Shown in pieces: positions 25,043 through 35,850 of a stretch of 64,000 nt of DNA. The notes under the pieces are model-generated. The model was given only the letters and a program-made list of their open reading frames with translations. It was not told where the DNA came from and did no database searches. Origin of the DNA: Phoronis australis (Eukaryota; Animalia; Phoronida). Position numbers and translations under genes: made by a program. Each line of letters begins with the position of its first letter. The first letter of the stretch is position 1. The DNA is taken from assembly GCA_002633005.1 (NCBI GenBank), contig NMRA01000040.1:1175805-1239804 (forward strand). The letters run 5' to 3'.

Positions 25043-26748
25043 TGTTCTGAATGTTGGTTTGTGTGGTCTCGTCGTGTTCGTCCGTGGGTTTCCGTCAGTG
25101 GCCGGATGTTGTAAAGTTCTAGTATTGTCACGTGACTGGGGAATCGAGAGCGCTCTGTTCGTGTGGCTCTCCTGCACGCAGGACTTCTGCGTTTGTGGAT
25201 CGTCATCTCAAGCATGTATTCAAGCTTTCATATGAGTAAAGGTAAGCTGCACGAGAACCTGCGTATTAAGTCACGACATTTGGCGTAGTTGCTACGTGCA
25301 GTTTTTACCTTTACACGGAGTGGTGCATAGTTCCAAGTAACTTTCGTGGATTTGTTTTTCCTTGTCGCTCGGTACCACCCGTGTCGTAACGGGTAGGTCA
25401 CTGAACACCGGTGTTCAGCTGTTTCGTTTATTACATTCTTCAGTCATCTACTCAGACTACTGGTGAGTTCTCTGTACCTTCAACTGAAGATGATAGTACT
25501 GTATCTAATCCAGTAGATAGTATTGAAGTTCCAGACTCATCAGTTGATCATATTGCATATGACTCATTGATTACTCAAGATGTTGCAGTTACTGTTTCAC
25601 AGAATGTCCCACTAACTGCAGGGGGGCTGTCTCAGCCTGATTTCATACAAGATGTGGCAGTGAGTAGGAACGTCTGTGTCTCTCCTGCAGCGTCAATTGG
25701 TGAGTCCGTTCCAGAGACCATAAAGATTAAGAAGAGTGCACTTGCATTTCTTCCCAAAGTAGACAAATGTGTTGGAACTAGGCAAGAAATTACGAATCCT
25801 GACTTCAACCCTATGCTAGCTACTCAGTCACTTTCTTCATGTGACCTTTGGCAAGACAGATTTCGGTCTGTCCGGCATTTTTGCTTCAGATGGTGCGGAT
25901 AATGAAAAGTTTGATCTGAAACCTGATGGCTGTTTGATTTATAACAATACAACATCTCCAAATGTTTTAAGTATTTCAGCTAAACAGTCCGCAGATACTG
26001 ATTTTTCTTTCAATATTAATCGGGAGGTCACGCAACCAGCAGATCTCATGTTCTGTCCACCAACTGTTAATTTTCTGTAGTAGCTTACTCTGCTACCTTG
26101 CTGTTGCTTGTTGTTTTGTGCACTATATGTTCTGTGTTCATTACTTGTTCATATGGTCCAAATGTTAATAGTTTTTTTTAAATATATAGTACAGTAAATT
26201 CTTCTTGTCACAAGTTTAATTTTATTGACCATATGTACCTTGTAACTAGTATTTTTCAATTTTTCAAGTATCGATCCCAGTCACGTACTTTTGTGAAGTG
26301 TTAAGTTTTTTTATTGTAAATCCGGCCACAAAGGTTTTAGTTACTCTAGTATTTTTCATAGTATAGTTCTTAATTTTTCATAATGTATATTAGACATTAG
26401 TGAGTTTATTTTTTACTATTTCATTAGTTAAGGGGAAGTAAAGGTTGGGTGGTGTTTTTTTATCATTCTTCTATTTAAGGAGGGGAGGAATGTTGTGAAT
26501 ATTGGTTTGTGTGGTCTCGTCTTTCGTGTTGTCTCGTGTGTTCGTGTTCGTCCGTGGGTTTCCGTCAGTGGCCGGATGATGTAAAGTTCTAGTATTGTCA
26601 CGTAATTGGGGAATCGAGAGTGCTCTGTTCGTGTGGCTCTGCTGCACGCAGGACGTCTGCGTTTGTGGATCGTCATCTCAAGCGTGTATTCAAGCTTTAA
26701 TATGAGTAAAGGTAAGCTGCACGAGAACCTGCGTATCAAGTCACAACT
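25043..26748 (+). mobile_element. Non-autonomous LTR retroelement (TRIM-like or internally deleted), 1.7 kb
   Basis: Direct repeats 25043-25278 (TGTT...GACA) and 26491-26748 (TGTT...AACT); PBS-like TGGCGTAGTTG at 25281; polypurine tract AAGGAGGGGAGGAA at 26477-26490; 4-bp TSD CTGG (25039-42, 26749-52); no gag/pol motifs inside. Confidence 0.9.
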
Positions 26749-27339
26749 CTGGGAACAAATGAAAACATTAACGACCTCCTCAGAGGCATCTCTCTACGCA
26801 GTACTTCTAAACTTATAGGAACATAATTTGCCGAAAAGTATCCAGCATATGGAGTGCCTATGGTATGATCACCGTCTCTACTGGGTTAGCGGTATTGTCT
26901 AAGGCCTAGGCAGCCAAGGGGCTGAAGAAGTTAAAAAAACAACTGGTGATAATACTGAAATACACCTGGAAAACACCCAAGATGTACCTTTCAAAAACAT
27001 GTACCTGTATTTGAAAGCTATACTTCTTTCTCTTTCTTGAAATATGGTCCATAATATACTTTTCCTGCAAACAAATGATGCAATCATGTCACTTCAGAAT
27101 GTTCCTATCTTGTTCAGGTTAATTGGGTGTTTCAGATTTTGGAAGTATAATTGATTTTCTTGGGAAATCTTGGATAACATCTGTATCACTTTCAGCAACT
27201 TCAGCTTTAGTACTACTGCTGGTGCCTTGAAACGTTGCTATGCCGTTCTATGTCCTTTCATTTTTTGGTCTGACACTTGGTCTTCTAGTCAACAGCACTC
27301 GGCAGTATACGTAATACAGTACTGTGTAGGCTATACCAG

Positions 27340-27741
27340 GGGCCGGTCTCTAATCTTTGTACTCGAAACGAACTCGAAACTATTTTTGGCAATTTCTCTG
27401 CTCCTTTTGTGCGAACTTAAGATAATTGGTTATAAGACTGTGCTCGAATACATTATAGTTTATGCATAGGAGTTTCTAGTTCAAGTTTGCCCTTGAAGAC
27501 CCTTGTATTCGTGCTACAAACTCGAGTAAAAACTCGAAATTTCGAGTTCAAACTCTAACTTATTGCTTTAATATTGGGTTTACGAACTGTGAACTTAGGG
27601 CAATAGATTATCTACGTAAGTTATTGTGTACTCGAGCTTAGAATAATAAGACACTTATCTTCAGTTCGCCCAAAAGTAGAGTAGAAAATGCCAAACCTAA
27701 CTTCGAGTTCTATTTCGAGTAAAAAGATTGGAGACCGGGCC
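27340..27741. mobile_element. PIF/Harbinger-like MITE
   Basis: TIRs GGGCCGGTCTCTAATCTTTGTACTCGAAA / TTTCGAGTAAAAAGATTGGAGACCGGGCC; 3-bp TSD CAG (27337-39, 27742-44); internal ACTCGA motifs. Confidence 0.8.
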
Positions 27742-28006
27742 CAGGATATGCAGCTGTTTTCTGCACAGACGTTTGTGACACCTCTTCTTCTTTTTGACCT
27801 ACTGATCTACAGAGTTCCACAGTCCATCAGCTTTCGTCAGGAAGCTTTCCTAAGCTTCTTTAGGCTCTGGCATCACAATTTTGTGCTCTTTGATAAACCT
27901 TGGAATTATACAAGCATCACACTCAATGGGAGCAGCCATATTGAAGTAACTAAGCACAACAATACAATCTGGCTCTCTGATTAGTCAATTCAATAGAAAA
28001 GCGCTA

Positions 28007-28166
28007 TGGTGGGTAATATTTACGGACTTCTCCGATGCTGATCGAGTGGCCTCGGTTGTGGTTTATTGTTTGGTTGAGTGGCCACTCCGGGAATACTCTT
28101 GAGTCTGATCGTCGGACGTTTCAAGCTGGTGCTGTGGTCATTGTTCATGCAGGTAGGTATTCTACA
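28007..28166 (+). repeat. 5' LTR of the Gypsy element
   Basis: Starts TGGTGGG after GCGCTA and ends ATTCTACA; 28047-28166 is near-identical to 34422-34538. Confidence 0.85.
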
Positions 28167-28169
28167 GAT

Positions 28170-28183
28170 TGGTGTCAGGAGTG
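28170..28183 (+). promoter_or_regulatory. Primer binding site (tRNA-Leu-like)
   Basis: TGGTGTCAGGAGTG 3 nt after the LTR end; complementary to a tRNA 3' CCA end; TGGTGTCAG is a common Leu-type PBS in animal Gypsy elements. Confidence 0.8.
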
Positions 28184-28382
28184 AAATGGTTACGGTATAG
28201 TATAGGTTTATACTTTAAAGATATGCTTTAGGTGTGTTAAAGGAAAGGGATTTGTATTCGGTTATTGGTTTTTTGTGTTTTGTTGGGAATATTGTTCAGT
28301 TATTGTGTGTGGCGGGAAAAGGGGTGTGGTTTGAATTTTGACAAGGTAATTAATACGGGGATAGTGTTTTTTTTTTTCTGCA

Positions 28383-29921
28383 ATGGCTGAGGAACAGGAG
28401 GATATTGTCTGTATTATAAATATTTTGAGAGGGTTATCGGTTGCGGCATTGGAGAAGGCGGAATTTTTGGATAATGAGGTTAGGTTACAGTTAATTACTT
28501 TGAAGCAGTGTTTGGTTAGAAGTGAAGTGCTGGACAAAACGGGTGTGGCGTTACACTGAGAATTTGTAAATACAAAGAGGGGCCAGATGAGGCATAGTAC
28601 ACCGGTGGATGCTTTACCTAGTTTTGATACGGTGGATTTTGTGGGGAGTGATGAGGATGAAGTGAAGAGTAAGGAGAGGGTGCGTACTTTGAATGTGAAA
28701 GGTGTGAGGGACGAGCGGTCCTGNGGGGGGGGGGGTAGAGGGGAGCGAGCAGGAAGACGAGGATCTGCAATGGGGTAGACGTGAGGTTATAAGTAAGCGG
28801 AGTGATAGGAGCAGACAAGGACAGAGCCGGAGGGATAGTGGTAGAGGTAAGATGCTGGGAGACGTATAATGGTAAGTCTAGTGGTCGGCATTTCATATGA
28901 AATTTAATAGGTATGCTGTTGGGCAAGGATGGTCGGATAGAGAGTGTCTGGATAATTTGATTTTTTGTTTGGAGGGTGCGGCGGGGGAGTTTTTTTGACT
29001 ATGTATTTAGAACGGAACGGGGAAAGTACATAAGTTTCGAGGCTTGCACGCAATTAGAGAAGAGATTTAGCTCGCTGGGGTCACCAGAGATAGTGCAGTT
29101 AGAGTTCATGGGTTTAGTGCAAGGTAAGAAGGAGTCGGTTCATGAATGGGGCGATAGGGTGTGGAGTATGGCGAGTAAGGCGTTTAGGGGGGTGCCAGAG
29201 GAATACATGATGAGACAGGCGGTGTTGAGGGTGTGCTACGGATCGTGGGATAAGGAGGCAGGGTTGAACGTAGCCATGATGCAGCCATGCAGTTTCGTTG
29301 GAGGAGGCAGTCTTGAAGTTACAGATGCAAACGCAGGTATAAAAAGGGCAATCTTGGGTAAAAATGGGCCTCGTCTGGCGGGTGATCCACTGAAAGTTCG
29401 GAAAGTTCAAAAAGAGGGTTTTGGGGATGATAGTGAGGAGGTCATGGAAAAGATTTTGAGACAGTTGGAGGAGTTGAAGCAGCAGATAAATTCTTCTACA
29501 TCTAGGCCGGGTCTAGCGGGGTTGTTATACGTGTGGACAGTTGGGACATTTCAGTCGGGAGTGCGGTCAGAATCGGGTGAAAGGAGTTCCTAGGGAGGTG
29601 CGGTGTCAGATATGTAGTAGAGTGGGTCACAAGGCTGATGAATGCTGGTCGAAATCGGGGGACAGGTCTAGAAATGTAAGAGAAGGAGGTCCGAATATAA
29701 GGTGTTTTGTGTGTGGGGTGTTTGGTCATGTGGCGAGAAATTGTCAGAGGGTGAAGAGTAATAAGAGTATTCGACGTACGGGTAAGGAGTCCCAGAGTAG
29801 TGGAGATGAAGGTAGCGTTGATGGAAGAGAAGATCAGGTGGAAGTACAAAGAAGTAATCAGAGAAGAAATGAAAGTTGTAGCGGTAGTGGTGCTTTAAAC
29901 GGCAGGGGATTGGAGAATTAG
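28383..29921 (+). pseudogene. gag: Gypsy gag (frameshifted) with three CCHC zinc knuckles
   Basis: ATG at 28383; capsid-like YNGKS...GW...LIFCLEGAA...LEKRF...LVQGKKESVHEWGDRV; knuckles CYTCGQLGHFSREC, CQICSRVGHKADEC, CFVCGVFGHVARNC. Confidence 0.9.
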
Positions 29922-32900
29922 GCCGACCTTCAATCCATTTTAAGGGTCTGGTTAAAAGGGCTGAGATTGAGATGATTGGTTGGAGAGATATAGGTGTAGT
30001 CAGAGAAGAAGATAGTGTGAAGTTGGAGGTAAAAAGAGTTAGTGCCGATAAGACGTGTTTTGTGGAGGTGGTGGTGGGAGGCAAGAAGTGTCAGGCAGTA
30101 TTGGATTGTGGCGCTCAGGTTACGGTGGTGTCTGATAAGTTTTACAACTCGTTGCCTTGTAAACCTAAGATTGTTAAAGCGGTGAAATGAGTACGGTTGG
30201 GAGAGATTTGGATATGGGAGGGTATGTGACGGAGATGGTATCCCTGCACATGGGTATTAAGGTACGGTAGTAGGTTATATGTAGCGCCGATTGAGGATGA
30301 TATGCTTTTGGGGTTGGATGTGATCAGAAGGAATGGTTTAATTTTGGACTTCAAGAAGTTAGTGGTCAAAGAAGGGAGGCATTCTTGTCGGATATTTAAG
30401 GGTCACGGGGGTGTGGAACGGACTGTTGAAGAGGAGGTGGTTTGTTCAGTTAAGCGGGTGGTGATTCCTCCTATGTCGGTTAAGGCGATTTGTGGTAAAA
30501 CGAAGGGGTATAGTCGTAGAGGATGTATTCGGCCAGTCAAAGAGTCAGGGGTGATGGTGAGACAGGAACCTTGTGTGGTTGAGGCTGGTAAAGTATGGGT
30601 ACATATAGTTAATTTTGCTAATGTATCTAAAGTGGTGAGAGCCAATGAAGTGGTTGCGATGGTCGGGGGTGAGGTTGATGACCACGTGGAGGTGTGTCAA
30701 GTGGAGGTTCAGGTTAATAAGGAGGGTGTTCCGGAGCATATTAGAGAGTTGTATGCCCGGTCTGTGGTTGATATGTCGGAGGAAAACGCATTAAAGGTGA
30801 AAGAGCTATTAGTAGAGTATCAAGATGTTTTTGCCAAGGGTGATTTTGATTTGGGTAGCTTTGAAGCTATTAAACATGAGATAGATGTGGGAGATTCCAG
30901 GCCTGTTAAGTTAAGGATGAGACGGACACCTATAGAGTTTGTGGAAGAAGAAAGGGCACATTTGAAAAAGATGCTGGAGGCAGGAATTATTAGAAGGTCA
31001 GTTTCGGAGTATGCGAGTGCTCCAGTTATTGTTAGGAAAAGAGATGGGTCGATTAGGTATGCGATCGATTATAGGGAATTGAATAAAGTGACTAAGAGAG
31101 ATACTACCCCCCTTCCGCTGATTGAGGAATGTATTGATTCGATGGCAGGAAGTAGTTTGTATAGCAAGTTGGATGCTAATTCGGCGTACTATCAGATAAA
31201 AGTTAAGGAGGGAGATGAACATAAGACGGCCTTTTTAACTAAAGAGGGGGTTTTCGAATTTGTTCGGATGCCTTTTGGATTGAAGAATAGTGGGGCGACA
31301 TACTCTCGGAGCATGTTTTTGGTGTTGGATGGTCTTTTGTGGGAGAAGGTGATCGCGTTCTTGGATGATATTTTGGTAGTAGGTTCGACGATGGATGATC
31401 ATTTGTCTAATCTTAAGTTAGTGTTGGAAAGGTTTAGAAAATATGGACTTCGTCTAAAGCCTAGGAAATGCGAGCTATTTAAAGAACAGGTTACTTTTTT
31501 GGGTCGGCAGGTTAGAGCGAATGAGCTGTTTATGGGTGAAGAGCATATAGCTTCGGTACAGGAGTGGAAGAAACCTGAGACTACCAAAGACGTGGAAAAA
31601 TTTTTGGGCTTTTGTAATTATCATAGAATGTTTATCAAGAATTTTGCAGAGATGGTAGCTCCTTTATACTTGATAACTGGGAAACAGAAGTATGTGTGGA
31701 GTGGTATTCAGCAGGAGGCTTTTGTTATGTTGAAGAAGGCGTTAACGTCACCACCAGTATTATCTTTGCCAAATAGGGAGGATCAGTTTGTTCTTGATGT
31801 TGATGCATCCAATTACGCTGTGGGGAATGAATTGATTCAGGTTCAAGGAGGGGTGGAAAGAGTAATTGCATATGGAAGTGCGGCGTTAACTAAGGAGCAG
31901 AAGAGATATTGTACTACACGGAAAGAGTTGTTGGCTGTTCTTAAGTTTGTGAGACAGTTTCGACATTACTTATTGGGGAAGCGTTTTACGGTAAGGACTG
32001 ATCATAATAGTTTGGTGTGGCTTTTGAATTTTAAGGAACCGAGGGATCAGTTGGCACGTTGGATGGAAGAATTGAGCCAATATGATTTTGAAATTGTATA
32101 TCGGTCAGGTAAGGCCCATGTGAATGCGGATGTTTTGTCTAGATTTAGTGGAAGAAGATAAATATGGATGTTATCAGGGGGATGTCAATGTCAAGGATTT
32201 GCCGTGTGGAGGCTGTAGGTATTGTGTGAGGGCGAGTCAGAAATGGGCTAACTTTGAGTCGCAAGTTAATGATGTAGTGCCTTTGGCTAGTAGGTCGGGA
32301 TCTACCAAGGTTCGGGAAGTCGGAGAGGTTGAAGGTGAGTGGTCGAGGTTATGTATTGAGTGTATGGAAGATTATGTAGTGTTTCGGGTGGGAAATGGAG
32401 GTAATGAGTATACGATATCGAGACGGAATGCTCAGGTGAATAATATCTCGGTGCTTGACAATATTGAGGAAGGGTGCTTAATAGTAGAACAAGAGAAGGA
32501 TGTTGGATTGAGGAATCTTAGGGAGTGGTTATTACAAGGTACGATGTTGGACAAAGGGGATATGTTTCTGCTGAGTAAGGGCGAAAAGAAACTTTTGGTT
32601 TATAAGGATAGATATCAGATAATACGAGGATTGTTAATGAAGAGGAATAAGAAGGGGGAACTGGTAATAGTGGTTCCGGAGACATTGAAAGGTCAAGTGT
32701 TGCGTTTGTATCATGATGTTCCATTGGCGGGGCATCAGGGGGTAGTGAGAACGTTGGCTAAGATTAAGGAAAGATATACGTGGCATGGGATGAGCAATGA
32801 TGTTCGGAAGTATGTGGAGGAATGTGTTCAGTGTAGTCTGGGGAAAAGAGCGAGCAGGAAGGCTAAGGCTCCGATGACTCAGTTTCATGCTGGTGTTCCT

Positions 32901-34011
32901 ATGGAGAGAGTGCATGTGGATTTTTTAGGGCCTTTAAGCAGGACGGAGAGGGGCAATGAGTATGTGTTAATGTTGGTGGATCAATTTACGAAGTGGGTTG
33001 AATGTGTGCCGTTGCCATCTCAGTCGGCCGAGGTGACAGCTAGGGCTGCAGTTAATGAGTTCTTTAGTCGTTTTGGATTCCCGTTGATTATTATGAGTGA
33101 TCAGGGGGCTAATTTCGAGAGTACGTTGTACAAGTCTATATGTGAATTGTTGCAAATTCATAAGAGTCGGACGACTGCATATCGGCCATCTTGTAATGGT
33201 CCGGTGGAGCGATTTTTAAAACAGAACACTGATGGATGCGCTTAGATGTTATTTTGATAAGCATCAAGGGGACTGGGATTTATTTTTACCCCAATTAGCT
33301 GGTGCGATGAGAGCGTCTGTCAACAGGAGCACGGGGTTTACGCCGAACATGTTAATGTTGGGGCGTGAGGTAAGTTCCCCGGCTGATTTAGTGTTTCCGG
33401 AGTCGTCCGTGTTGGATGGTGAGAGAAGAATGAGTGAGGTGGATTATGCGTCTAAGTTGGGGACGGTTCTCAGTGAAGTACATGAGATTGCTAGGAATTC
33501 TCTTAAAGCTAGTCAGAGGATTATGAAGAGAGACTATGACCTGAGTATTAACAGATTGGGTTTCCAGGTTGGGGAAGTGGTGATGTTGTTGGATGAGAGG
33601 GTTTGTAAAGATCCTAGGTTGTGTAAAAAGTTGATGCCATGTTGGAAGGGGCCGGCTATTATTGTGGCTAAATTGTCAGATTATGTGTTTCGGGTAAAGA
33701 CCAGGGATAGGGCAGTAGTGGTTAATCATGATAGAATGAAAAAGTGTAAATGGCCAGAGTACAGATTACCTTGGTGGGTAAAAAAGGTAAAGGATGATAT
33801 AGAAGTTATAGCGAGGTGGGCGGATGGAAGGGTTACAGGTAAATTGTATTGCATCTGTAGAGAACCTAATGATGGGACTTTAATGGTACAGTGTGATGGA
33901 TGTTCTGAGTGGTTTCATGCCCGGTGCATTGGAGCTAATGAGCAGGAGTTGCGTGATATAGAAGATTATATCTGTCCTATATGCCGTAATGATGGTTATG
34001 ATTATTTGTAG
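29900..34011 (+). pseudogene. pol: Gypsy pol (protease, RT, RNase H, integrase, C-terminal PHD finger), broken into several ORFs
   Basis: LDCGA protease; MPFGLKNS and FLDDILV RT; DVDASNYAVG/ELLAV/TDH RNase H; H-H-C-C zinc finger, HVDFLGP, SDQGANF and ERF integrase core; WKGP GPY/F-like motif; YCIC...CDGC..WFH..C...CPIC PHD. Confidence 0.95.
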
Positions 34012-34012
34012 G

Positions 34013-34279
34013 ATGGCTCAACGTGTGGTGGTCGAAGAGTTGACGGCAGCGTTGAGGAGGGAGCAGTTGGTCGAGCCATTTAAGGTGATATCGAGGCTAG
34101 TTGAAGGGGACCCGGGGTGGGAGATGGCAAGAAGGTTGGTGGTGAGGTTCAGGACGTTGGCTCGGAGAATGGGGGACAGTGAGTGGGAGGTGAAGGCTGA
34201 AGGTTTGGTGGGTTTGCTGGGGGAGGATGAGGAGTGGTTTACGGGGAGGAAGTCGGTTTGGACAGAGGCGTGTCAGTGA
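34013..34279 (+). CDS. Extra 88-aa ORF between pol and 3' LTR, unknown function, not env-like
   Basis: ATG 1 nt after the pol stop, preceded by acceptor-like ttatttgtag; MAQRVVVEELTAALRREQLVEPFKVISRLVEGDPGWEMARRLVVRFRTLARRMGDSEWEVKAEGLVGLLGEDEEWFTGRKSVWTEACQ. Confidence 0.5.
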   Translation: MAQRVVVEELTAALRREQLVEPFKVISRLVEGDPGWEMARRLVVRFRTLARRMGDSEWEVKAEGLVGLLGEDEEWFTGRKSVWTEACQ

Positions 34280-34403
34280 GCTGGATGTTGTTTTTTTGGG
34301 GAGGATATAGGGGCACGTGTTCGCTTTTGGCATTTGCCGAGGTGTGTTTATAGGAGGGAGTCTGGTTTCGTGTTGAAGTTGGTTCGTCAGTTGGGGGAGG
34401 TCT

Positions 34404-34538
34404 TGGTGGGAAGTGGGGATTTGGCCTCGGTTGTGGTTTATTGTTTGGTTGAGTGGCCACTCCGGGTCTACTCTTGAGTCTGATCGGACGTTTCAAGCTG
34501 GTGCTGTGGTCATTGTTCTTGCAGGTAGGTATTCTACA
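34404..34538 (+). repeat. 3' LTR of the Gypsy element
   Basis: Starts TGGTGGG after purine-rich GGGGGAGG, ends ATTCTACA followed by GCGCTA. Confidence 0.85.
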
Positions 34539-35139
34539 GCGCTACCAAGTGGCAGGAATGTGCATCATATTTTGTGCAACAAAAACACCTTTTTTAAAAA
34601 AATGCATGTGGAAGTGTAGACGTGGGAACTTTTTAGAATTTGATTTATAGGTATATATCTAGCCACATAGGAAAAACTAGGTTGCCCCCCCAAAGTACTC
34701 ACAAGGATGAACGCTATGAGATCTGGCCCACCTATATACGTAGCCATAGTTACCTTACGATTTAGTCTCCTGCACAGCCCCACGTGACGTCAGGTTGTGA
34801 GGCCCGGGAACCAGGTTACCTTAAAAGTGCGTCTACAAACGGCAGACGACATCGCTGAAAGCAGAGGTACCGAAGCCGACGTTGTTCTTCATGAAGTTTG
34901 CTAACACTGTGACAAAGCGTTCGAATATTATATTTTGAAGTAAAACTATCATCCAGGAATTTGTTACTTGTTGAAAGGTATTTAAAATTTCCAAACCACC
35001 GTCTCGGAACCCGTTTCACTCGTTCACTCGTTGGGGAATTATTAGTATCGTCAATCTTTACTACTTTAGCCTATCTCTTATAGTCTTTATATATTATAAT
35101 TCGAACTTTCGACTTTCCTTGGTCGTGCGGACAGTTTTG

Positions 35140-35850
35140 TCTCTATTAATTTAACTCGAACCATCCTCTCATCCACAAGCTTGGTGTGTTTCGCACTTTT
35201 AACCCGGCACAACTATCATTGGTGATCCTGTGGCTTAACTGAATTGCACCAAGCCCAAGGTAAGGAGGCTCTTGGCAGAATGATGCGGTTATCCAAGTTG
35301 GTCGTTCACCAAAGCGTAAAGATGAGAGAGGAGAAAAGTCAAAACTTGGGCAACCACCACCATGAATCCCCCAACTGGTGTGTTCATTCCCTACATTCGG
35401 GGACTTTCTGACCGCCTCAAAAGGACATTTATGATTTAAACAGTTTGACATTCAACCGTATAAACCGTTTAATTCTCTCCGTAGCCAACTGGTTAAAGTC
35501 AAGAACAAGACCCCCAAGGTTAATAAATTGTGTTGTCTATGGATTTCAATGTAAAGACCTCCAGTGCTCAGACAGCTATACAACTGAAACGAAACAGTCC
35601 ATTAAAAAATGCGTACTGTCACAACATCGTCGCTCTAGATACAGGGCACTTATGACTCGGATATTTTTAGCCATCTTTGCGCCACTGGACATGATTTCAA
35701 TACTGATGATGTCGCTATCTTAGACTGTGAGGACGATTTGATCACTGAAAAGGGTGTCAAGGAAGCTGAACGCATCGAGAGTTCATCTTTGAATAAAAGA
35801 GGTGGTTAAGGTTCCATCTGTCGCACGTGTGGGATGGTGTCCTGACCTCA
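35140..35850 (+). pseudogene. Penelope-like element relic (RT thumb and GIY-YIG endonuclease)
   Basis: FNSNHPLIHKLGVFRT, GYPSW, IPYIRGLSDRLKR, VVYGFQCKDLQCSDSYTTETKQ...QH, KGVKEA...SLNKRGG; several frameshifts. Confidence 0.85.

Larger units (their letters stand above)
28007..34538 (+). mobile_element. Ty3/Gypsy LTR retrotransposon, near full length, disrupted by frameshifts and stops
   Basis: LTR pair, PBS, gag with CCHC knuckles, domain order PR-RT-RH-IN, flanking direct repeat GCGCTA. Confidence 0.95.

Noticed and set aside
29114-33161. Antisense ORFs within the Gypsy element
   Set aside because: Short, Pro/His/Thr-rich frames expected from the G/T skew of the sense strand; no motifs
34013-34279. 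env gene
   Set aside because: Too short; no signal peptide, furin site or transmembrane segment
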